IMG/VR virus record: IMGVR_UViG_3300028029_000109
From: a virus
DNA: 64,000 nt
Strand: one strand, 5' to 3'
In this document: positions 19,029 through 26,100 of the stretch, in pieces
How the letters are laid out: every line of letters begins with the position of its first letter
Numbering within the stretch: the first letter of the stretch is position 1
The notes under the pieces: model-generated
The model's database searches: none
What the model was told of the DNA's origin: nothing
Seen by the model: the letters and a program-made list of their open reading frames with translations, nothing else
Position numbers and translations under genes: made by a program

Positions 19029-19517
19029 ATGTCAGACGTAATAATTATAGCAGCAATATCAGAGAATAACGTAATCGGAAATGAGGGCGGCCTGCCTTGG
19101 AAACTCAAAGATGACCTACGCTTGTTCTCTAATATTACCAAAGGTCACTCAGTAATTATGGGACGTAAGAATTATGAGTCTATAGGTAAACCTCTTCCTA
19201 ATCGACACAACATAGTTATTACTAGAAACCCTAAATATAAAGCTGATGGCTGTGACATAGTTGAATCTCTTGATAGGGCTCTTTTTATGGCAAATTCCGC
19301 TCCATTTATCATTGGAGGAGCTGAAATCTATAAGATGGCAATGCCATTAGCTACACATTTCTTCAGAACTACAGTTCATGCCGAAGTACAGGGAGATGTA
19401 TTTTTCCCTAAAACACCAGCTGGATTTACAGAATGGGACTCTTGTTATCGAATGCGATATAATAAGGATGATGGCAATGACCATGACTTTACCTTTGAAT
19501 TACTGAAGAGAAGATGA
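19029..19517 (+). CDS. folA: dihydrofolate reductase
   Basis: 'AISENNVIG..GGLPW.LKDD', 'IMGRKNYESIGKPLPNR.NIV', 'IIGGAEIY', 'GDVFFP'. Confidence 0.96.
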   Translation: MSDVIIIAAISENNVIGNEGGLPWKLKDDLRLFSNITKGHSVIMGRKNYESIGKPLPNRHNIVITRNPKYKADGCDIVESLDRALFMANSAPFIIGGAEIYKMAMPLATHFFRTTVHAEVQGDVFFPKTPAGFTEWDSCYRMRYNKDDGNDHDFTFELLKRR

Positions 19518-19798
19518 ATAAAAAGCAAGAGAAAGAAAGGAGGGATAGAAAGGATAATGGCCTACCTCCTAAACTATACGTATTCGTTGTTGAGGTTGAA
19601 GGGACAATTCCTTCTACGACTAAATTTAGGGTAATGGCTGAGGATGAGGAGCAGGCTTTCGAAATATTCGATAAGACACCTCATATGGCTCACCCTCTTG
19701 GGCCACCAATGCCTCACCCCGGTGGCCGAATAAAGAAGACTAAAATCTCTATACGAAGTGCAACCTCTGCATTTATTACATGGGTTAGAAAATTTTAA
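19514..19798 (+). CDS. hypothetical protein
   Basis: 94-aa ORF coupled to folA. Confidence 0.55.
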   Translation: MNKKQEKERRDRKDNGLPPKLYVFVVEVEGTIPSTTKFRVMAEDEEQAFEIFDKTPHMAHPLGPPMPHPGGRIKKTKISIRSATSAFITWVRKF

Positions 19799-19799
19799 T

Positions 19800-20040
19800 A
19801 ATATCCTTCATTTAAAGATGCACCTTAATAACATTGAATGATCTGATCAATTTCCCCGTCATAAAGAAGCAGGTTTTCGATTTTTGTAAATCAAAAAATA
19901 TCAAATCATGCACGTCAAAACTATAGTTCATTGGTGGAATAAACACGCAAATTCATTTTTAGAGCTTATCTATAAAGATAGTATGCATTATCTTTCAAGG
20001 AAATAAGAATTGTATCGAGAGTGGTCCACATGGATACCAA
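19800..20040 (+). pseudogene. decayed LAGLIDADG-type endonuclease C-terminal fragment
   Basis: 'LELIYKDSMHYLSRK*ELY' resembles the LY.d..iYL.RKy C-terminus of phage LAGLIDADG proteins. Confidence 0.35.
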
Positions 20041-20128
20041 ACAAGGGTACAGAGAATTTTCCAAGGAAGAAAAAAGATAAGTCCACTTACAATTTAAGCG
20101 GCCTTTCTTGGAATAAGAAAGATACAAA

Positions 20129-20800
20129 ATGATATTTTACTATGTGTTAGACACAGAAACGAGCGGGCTTAAAGCAGGCTTCCACGAAATGAATCAGATC
20201 TCTATTATTAGAGTAAGTGATAATTTCCAAAAATCCTGGAATATAGCTGTAGAAAATCCCAACCACGCCTCATCACAGGCATTGCAGATCCAGGGAATAA
20301 CCAAAGCTGATCTCAAAAAGGGAATTACTATTCAGCAAGCCATTAAAGAGGTCAATGAATTCATTGAAGAGGATGGATTGAATGAAACTGCAAGATGTTT
20401 CATTGGTCACAACGTCTCCTTCGATAGAAGATTTATGCAGGCTGCATGGGCTAAAGAGAAGCTTAAGCTTAATATTGACTTATGGCTCTGTACTAAAAAG
20501 TTCATGAAATCATATGTTAAGAAATATGGTGAGGATAATATCAAGGCCGAGCAAGCAAAGGTTCAGCCAGGTGAGACTAAAGTAAAGTATGGTCAAGACC
20601 TGTGCCTTGCTGGTGTTGGGTTAAAGCCAAAGTTTGGCGCTCACTCCGCAGCAATTGACTCCCAAAACTGCCTGACGCTATATCAATTCCTCATGGATAA
20701 AGGTTTAAATCATGCTAGAGTGATTGAGAATAAACCGCATGAAATCATAGGGCTAGTCAAAAAATCATCTGATAGTGGCCCTGAGATGTACGATTTTTGA
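20129..20800 (+). CDS. DEDDh 3'-5' exonuclease (second copy)
   Basis: 'VLDTETSG', 'GHNVSFDRRF', 'HSAAID'. Confidence 0.85.
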   Translation: MIFYYVLDTETSGLKAGFHEMNQISIIRVSDNFQKSWNIAVENPNHASSQALQIQGITKADLKKGITIQQAIKEVNEFIEEDGLNETARCFIGHNVSFDRRFMQAAWAKEKLKLNIDLWLCTKKFMKSYVKKYGEDNIKAEQAKVQPGETKVKYGQDLCLAGVGLKPKFGAHSAAIDSQNCLTLYQFLMDKGLNHARVIENKPHEIIGLVKKSSDSGPEMYDF

Positions 20801-20822
20801 AAAACAAAATTGAAGAAAACTC

Positions 20823-20850
20823 TTGACAGATAATGTTGAGGAATTAAAAT
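20823..20850 (+). promoter_or_regulatory. sigma70-like promoter of the TROVE gene
   Basis: TTGACA (20823-28), 16-nt spacer, TAAAAT (20845-50). Confidence 0.65.
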
Positions 20851-20966
20851 TGAATCTTGGACACGGGGTAGATGATTTCATCCGTGTTTTCCATATCTAT
20901 AAATTAGGTATCTATGCACAATTTTGTGATTTTTTGCTCGAACATAGAGCACATATAGGTAAATAA

Positions 20967-22604
20967 ATGTCATCTAATAGCTTTGTACAATCTTTAATTG
21001 GTTCACCTCAGAAGATTGAGCGTAAGGATAAGTATCTTTCTAAGTCTAGCGACTGGAGAGTGAACCTTTCTCGCGTTATGCTTACGGGCGTACTTAAGAA
21101 TCAGTTCTATCGATCCACCCAAAATGCGGCAGATGAAGCGTTGAAGATTACCCCTAGAGCTGCAAAGGAAGATCCAACCTTTCTATTGAAGGCTGTGTGC
21201 TATGCTCGTATCCTAAACATGAAGGGAATGGTTAAGGTAGGACTTGCTGCGCTTAATGGGCATGCAGACACTACCTTCTTAGCTCGTGAGAGCACTAGAT
21301 TGGCAGCTGTAGGTCTTCTATCTACATTTCACCCAGGTCAGCTATTGCAGTTCGTTGAGCTTGTAAGGTCTAAGCAGCTTGGTCGTGGCTTCGGTTCTCG
21401 TCCTCAGAAGTGGGTACGTGCAGCTATGGAAAACTGGAATGTTAAGAGGGTGGAGGATTATACCCTTAAGTACCCAAAGGCACTCAACGCACTAGTGCGT
21501 CTTGTTCATCCACGATACAACGATGAGCGTGGTGGTATTGTAAACTATGTGCTGAATAAGAAGTCCGTAAGGGTAACTGGTTCCAAACAGGTAGTTGTTG
21601 AGGCTTTGAAGCGTGATCTTAATAGCTCCGATGCTTCTGCAAAGGCAGCAGCTAAGGCTATTCTTGAGAATGATATCCCATGGGATGTTATCAAGGGAAT
21701 TGGGTATAAGCTTACTCCAGAGCTAGCAATGGCCCAGATGGTACAGATGGGTTTGACAGCTCTTTTGCTTAACGTGCGCTCACTTGAGCAGCATGGCGCA
21801 TTCTCTAATTTGGATGGCCTCAAAGCTCTTCAGCTTAAGATGGGTGAGGTGAAGAATAGCCGATCTCTTCCGTTGGACTTTGCTAAGCCATACATCTTCT
21901 CATCTAATGAATCTGTTAAAAATGTTCTTCTTGATGCAATGGTTGACACACTAGATGTTCCAATGCCGTTCCTTGAATCCAAGAGAGTTGGCTTGTCCAT
22001 CGATATCTCTCAGTCTATGTCCGGAGAATTTCTTCAGACATCGGCATTGCTTGCAGTGCCATTCTTGAAGGCTAAGAATCTTTGGCTTACTACTTTTGAT
22101 TGGTCTCTTTACGAAGAGTCAGGTATTGTAGCTAAGGCAAACTTAGAAGGGTACGGCTATTATTATCAGTCATGTGCTGATAAGGGTAAGTGTCCAAAGA
22201 TCAATGGCTTACCACGACGTGAGCAAGTTCGCAATCTTCTTGGATTAAAGTCAGCTGGCGGAACTGATATTGCGGTATCAATTCGTCAGGCAACTAAGGA
22301 CAGGCGTAAGCTTGACTTGATGGTACTCATCACCGATGAGCATCAGAACCTTGGCACTAAGCTCATGGACGCTTGGAGACAGTACAGGGGAACGGTTAAC
22401 TCCGGTGCTCAGTTATTTATCATCAATGCAACCAATTATGAATGGGGCGTTTGTGACTATTCAGATCCATCGGTAACGGTGTATCAGTCACTCACTCCAG
22501 CTATTTTTAAGAATCTTGAGTTCCTTGGGATTGATATAGTGTCAGCCATTGAGGATTTTGATCTTGCAAATATTCGTAAGCGTGCTAGAATTAATTTACG
22601 TTAA
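20967..22604 (+). CDS. TROVE + vWA domain protein (Ro60/Rsr-like RNA-binding protein)
   Basis: 545 aa; helical N-terminus with 'L.TG.L.N.FY' and 'AKEDPTFLLKAVCYAR'; vWA MIDAS 'IDISQSM', 'GGTD', 'LITDEHQN'. Confidence 0.8.
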   Translation: MSSNSFVQSLIGSPQKIERKDKYLSKSSDWRVNLSRVMLTGVLKNQFYRSTQNAADEALKITPRAAKEDPTFLLKAVCYARILNMKGMVKVGLAALNGHADTTFLARESTRLAAVGLLSTFHPGQLLQFVELVRSKQLGRGFGSRPQKWVRAAMENWNVKRVEDYTLKYPKALNALVRLVHPRYNDERGGIVNYVLNKKSVRVTGSKQVVVEALKRDLNSSDASAKAAAKAILENDIPWDVIKGIGYKLTPELAMAQMVQMGLTALLLNVRSLEQHGAFSNLDGLKALQLKMGEVKNSRSLPLDFAKPYIFSSNESVKNVLLDAMVDTLDVPMPFLESKRVGLSIDISQSMSGEFLQTSALLAVPFLKAKNLWLTTFDWSLYEESGIVAKANLEGYGYYYQSCADKGKCPKINGLPRREQVRNLLGLKSAGGTDIAVSIRQATKDRRKLDLMVLITDEHQNLGTKLMDAWRQYRGTVNSGAQLFIINATNYEWGVCDYSDPSVTVYQSLTPAIFKNLEFLGIDIVSAIEDFDLANIRKRARINLR

Positions 22605-22800
22605 ATATTGGGTGCATATTTTAACGTAAGTTAAAATAATTTATTGAAAAATTAGTTTTTTGTCGAGTACAGTCACTCCGCCTTCCTTATATAAAGGAAG
22701 GGAGGTGATAACTCACCTTAGTCAGTCACATTTTAAGAAAAGTTCTTGATCTATCAATAACGATCTATAATCTGTGCAGCTCTTGAAATAATAGAGCTTT

Positions 22801-22904
22801 TGTTGGGTAGTTTAAGTAAGAAAACAACACCGTTGAATTTGGTCTCTTAAATGAGATGATGAATACGGAGTGACTCCTGGGTGAGAGCCCTGGGTCCAAC
22901 ACCA
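22801..22904 (+). ncRNA. tRNA-like RNA A with extended anticodon arm
   Basis: Acceptor TGTTGGG/TCCAACA followed by CCA; D arm GTTT/AAAC; T arm CCTGGG-TGAGAGC-CCTGGG; anticodon stem ACACCGT/ACGGAGT closes a ~30-nt loop with internal hairpin TCTC-TTAAAT-GAGA. Confidence 0.55.
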
Positions 22905-23208
22905 AGTAACGCGCTCTATGATCCTTCATCTTTATTTTGATTAAAACCTGGGTCATTATTTCTTTCGTTACTATTAAGTGGAGTACGCTTCCGTTATGGG
23001 CTACTTAATCTGAGGGTGAGACACTCTCTGTCCGCACCGACTATAAGTCGACAAAACTCGAAGTGACGTTCCAGAGATGGAAAGGGTATCCGGAAGCGTG
23101 GAAACATGTTGGAAAGGATTGTCAACGGGCATAAGATATCGCAAGGACCTTTTGCCCACTGCGCAACGCGCTCTCTAAGACCTTTCATCTTTTTCGATTA
23201 AAAATCCG

Positions 23209-23234
23209 AGATGGTTCAAATCCGTCACCGCCCA
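23209..23234 (+). ncRNA. orphan tRNA T-arm plus acceptor-like 3' strand
   Basis: GATGG-TTCAAAT-CCGTC followed by ACCGCCCA; no matching 5' half found upstream. Confidence 0.35.
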
Positions 23235-23284
23235 AAACATGGCAAAGGGGCAAATTGGTCTTACATTTTTTTCGTTGCCATTTA

Positions 23285-23390
23285 GTCCTGGTAGTTCAAT
23301 TCTAGAGCACATCATTCATTAACGGTTTTATAGGCCGAGGATTCCCCACTTTGAATGTGAAAGATATTGGTGAAAATCCAGTCCGGGGCA
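23285..23390 (+). ncRNA. tRNA-like RNA B with extended anticodon arm
   Basis: Acceptor GTCCTGG/CCGGGGC; D arm GTTC/GAGC; T arm ATTGG-TGAAAAT-CCAGT; stem CA(T)CATTC/GAATGTG closes a 35-nt insert; no canonical 7-nt anticodon loop. Confidence 0.6.
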
Positions 23391-23391
23391 C

Positions 23392-23469
23392 GCGAGGATG
23401 CAGCAACTGGCAAGGCTAATAACCCTGTCCTATTGATACAGAGTGGTTCGATTTCTCCTCTTGCTTCCA
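23392..23469 (+). ncRNA. degenerate tRNA-like element
   Basis: GCGAGG/TCTTGC imperfect acceptor, GGTTCGATT T-loop, ends ...TTCCA; stems poorly paired. Confidence 0.3.
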
Positions 23470-23473
23470 TTAT

Positions 23474-23517
23474 ACCCACCGGGCCTCTCAACGATGCTTC
23501 CCTCGGTGGGTTTTCTT
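23474..23517 (+). terminator. intrinsic terminator closing the tRNA-like block
   Basis: ACCCACCG/CGGTGGGT stem followed by TTTCTT. Confidence 0.6.
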
Positions 23518-23784
23518 ATCTAAACGTTGACAATACCGAAAATGATGATATAGCATTATTATTAAATAGACGTAGTGTAATTATCATAGGAGAAAGCCGG
23601 GCTGGTTCTGTTGACCATCCAGGTGAAGAGTGTAGAAATATTGGTTGTAAAAAGTGGAATCCTTGCCCACAGACCTTGATGACCTCCTAGACAGCTACAC
23701 ATTCTCTTAGCGGCTTAAAATGAAATGCAGGCAGTTAATTCTACCTGTATCTTGCCAATAACCAATATTTAATCATACAGTTGT

Positions 23785-24942
23785 ATGATTAAGATTGGTG
23801 AATTACTAAAATTAGCGGCACTATATAGTCTCGCTGCTAAGCTTTCTTTAGCTGGGTTTGAACCCACTAATGAAGCACGCTCAGCTTTCTCATCTTTAGT
23901 AGGATACCTCCAGCAAGAGGATCTTATAAAAATTCAGGAGTTCTACATCCAAGCAGGTGAGCCTAATAACTATCCAGAAGATAGGTCTCAAGGGCTTTCC
24001 AATTTAGACGCTCTAACTGATAGGCTTCTTCAACAACACGGTGATGATGAGGAGTTTAATGCAATATATCATTCTCTTGATATAATTAATGTAGAAGCGG
24101 AGAAAGCATCAAGTGAATCTGGAGCTGAAGAATTTCAATATGAAAATCAATCTCAGGAAGGTGACAGTCAACCACAAGATAACTATGAGGGAACTTCAGA
24201 TAAGGAAGAGTCTTCATTTGAAAATTTTGTTGGTGATGAGGTTAGGGGGATTGCTGAAAATGTTGGATACCAATCAGGTGAAGAAGTTGCTAGAGAGGGT
24301 GGTGGTTCTTTGAAAGATACCGTAAAGAATAAGGAGAGGGTTCAGGCAAGAAGGTCTTACCAAAGACACAATCCAATTTCCAGACCAGATTTTCTTGAGA
24401 AAGAAAGGGTCCACGACTCAAATAGAAGAAGTCCGGGATCTAGACAGTATGAAAGCGCTAGAGATCAAATCATAAAAAGACTTATAAACACTGGTATAAC
24501 AAAAAAACAAGCCATAGAGGATTTTAATGAATCCATTAAATCTAAAGTTCAAAACAGAAATCCAGACCCAGAAAATGAAGCGCAAGTTCGCTTAGAAGAG
24601 ACTCTAAAATACTTAAATTCATTTAAAACAAAATCGGAAAGCCCTGCTGCTCTTAAGAAGAGGGAACAAAGGAAGCGCAACAAAATACGCAAGCTCTATC
24701 TGGAAGAATTAATACAGCAAGATCCTAGTGCTAACGTCAAAGACTTAATTGACCAAATAAAAGCAATGCCTGTGTCTGAAATTGAAGAGATAGGTGGGAG
24801 ACTTTCTCCAGAAGCATTGGGGCCACTAGTAGACTCAGTAAGCACAGCGCCTACACCAACTACTACATCTCCTGCACCTCCTGCACCCAAGCCTCAACAG
24901 GTTAGACCAGGTGTTACAAAGAGAAAAAGAAAAGCTAGTTAA
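23785..24942 (+). CDS. hypothetical protein (acidic/low-complexity, basic Pro-rich tail)
   Basis: 385-aa uninterrupted ORF. Confidence 0.75.
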   Translation: MIKIGELLKLAALYSLAAKLSLAGFEPTNEARSAFSSLVGYLQQEDLIKIQEFYIQAGEPNNYPEDRSQGLSNLDALTDRLLQQHGDDEEFNAIYHSLDIINVEAEKASSESGAEEFQYENQSQEGDSQPQDNYEGTSDKEESSFENFVGDEVRGIAENVGYQSGEEVAREGGGSLKDTVKNKERVQARRSYQRHNPISRPDFLEKERVHDSNRRSPGSRQYESARDQIIKRLINTGITKKQAIEDFNESIKSKVQNRNPDPENEAQVRLEETLKYLNSFKTKSESPAALKKREQRKRNKIRKLYLEELIQQDPSANVKDLIDQIKAMPVSEIEEIGGRLSPEALGPLVDSVSTAPTPTTTSPAPPAPKPQQVRPGVTKRKRKAS

Positions 24943-24945
24943 CCA

Positions 24946-24973
24946 TTGACCTCTCTGAATAATAGGATATAGT
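24946..24973 (+). promoter_or_regulatory. sigma70-like promoter upstream of the tRNA cluster
   Basis: TTGACC, 16-nt spacer, TATAGT. Confidence 0.55.
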
Positions 24974-25188
24974 AAAACAAGCCTGAGCCATTAAGGTTCT
25001 TTGAATATAAGAGAAAATATTTGCATAAAATCTGTCGAGTGACACAAAATGTATGTGCATAAAAGCACATAGACAAACATGGAATGGAAGTCTAATATTC
25101 CTCTCTTCCAACCACCTATTAATCTATGTGCCCTTTGGGGCAGGGATAGCTGGTAGCTATCTAAATAGAACTGTTAGTTTAGGTGCAT

Positions 25189-25261
25189 CCGGGTATAGTG
25201 TAATCTGGTAGCACGAATGCTTTGGGAGCATTTAGTTTTGGTTCAAATCCAGATTCCCGGA
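25189..25261 (+). tRNA. tRNA-Pro(UGG)
   Basis: Cloverleaf: CCGGGTA/TTCCCGG, anticodon arm AATGC-TTTGGGA-GCATT, T arm TTTGG-TTCAAAT-CCAGA. Confidence 0.88.
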
Positions 25262-25358
25262 CTAGATAGACTAGTACAGATTGTAAATATTACAACGGAA
25301 GAATTAATAAAAATTAAAATGTAGAGCTAAGTAAAAGATTTTCAGTTAGAAATAAAAT

Positions 25359-25392
25359 CAGTGTGTAGGCTAATCTGGTAAGTCGCTCACCC
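25359..25392 (+). pseudogene. isolated tRNA 5' half (Pro-like)
   Basis: CAGTGTG-TA-GGCT-AATCTGGTA-AGTC-G-CTCAC: acceptor and D arm present, but no T arm follows. Confidence 0.45.
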
Positions 25393-25512
25393 TTACCGAT
25401 ATCTATAGTAAAAAAACGCTGTGTGGCACTAATAATAAAGCACAGCACTGCCAACCTCACCGTCATGAGTGAGGTTGGCTACCTTCCCTGTCGCTTTTTC
25501 GTTTATTAATAT

Positions 25513-25587
25513 TGGCAGGTAGCTCAGTCCGGTGAGAGCAGAGTCCTTATAAGGCTCAGGTCGAGGGTTCGAATCCCTTTCTGCCAA
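25513..25587 (+). tRNA. tRNA-Ile(UAU)
   Basis: Cloverleaf: TGGCAGG/TCTGCCA, anticodon arm GAGTC-CTTATAA-GGCTC, T arm GAGGG-TTCGAAT-CCCTT. Confidence 0.92.
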
Positions 25588-26050
25588 CCTTAATGGGATA
25601 TGAATACCATCCCAAATCTTTTACTATTTTTCTTTTATGACAATTAGAACATAAAACTTGACATTTTGATATTTCATTTTTAATTCTATTTATAGAGATG
25701 CATCTTGCAACGCCATGAGATATTGCAAATTCCTTTTCTCTCAAGTGATCAAGCTCTAGAACTATAGGGTCATCTTCACCACATTGAACGCATGGATTAG
25801 CCATAAGGTAATCATAAACGTATTTCCTTAATTTTTGTTGCCTTTCCTTTTTGGCCTTCAATATGTTTTTCAACTGAGATTCCCTGTTCTCAGAATATTG
25901 CTTTTTGGCACGCTCTTTCGAACAAGATCTGCATATTCCCTGTAACCCGTCCACAGTTGATTTCTTTTTATTGAAGTCAGATGCGTCTTTTTCAACTTTA
26001 CATTTGCAACATTTTTTACTCACAGTTCTTATAAGCGATATTATTGACAT
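25556..26050 (-). CDS. HNH endonuclease
   Basis: 'KKCCKCKVEK...F...GLQGICRSC' and 'CVQCGEDDPIVLELDH...CQVLCSNCHKRK'; start set at ATG 26050; 3' end overlaps tRNA-Ile antisense. Confidence 0.8.
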   Translation of the reverse strand: MSIISLIRTVSKKCCKCKVEKDASDFNKKKSTVDGLQGICRSCSKERAKKQYSENRESQLKNILKAKKERQQKLRKYVYDYLMANPCVQCGEDDPIVLELDHLREKEFAISHGVARCISINRIKNEISKCQVLCSNCHKRKIVKDLGWYSYPIKVGRKGFEPST

Positions 26051-26100
26051 ATAAGATAGGGATTTCTTTACATGAATAGAAAGGTGTGATAGAAGATCGT

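Noticed and set aside
22980-23200. Group I/II intron inside a tRNA
   Set aside because: Fragments such as GACTATA and AAGATAT resemble R/S elements, but no convincing P7 pairing, flanking exon halves or group II domain V could be built
22765-23690. ORFs 22765..22956, 22994..23188 and 23367..23690
   Set aside because: They overlap structured RNA, terminator and promoter elements and have no RBS or recognisable protein features
23589-23718. RNase P RNA resemblance (GGAGAAAGCCGGG ... CGGCTTA)
   Set aside because: Only a 6-bp P4-like pairing; ~120 nt between the motifs is too short, and the other conserved regions are missing
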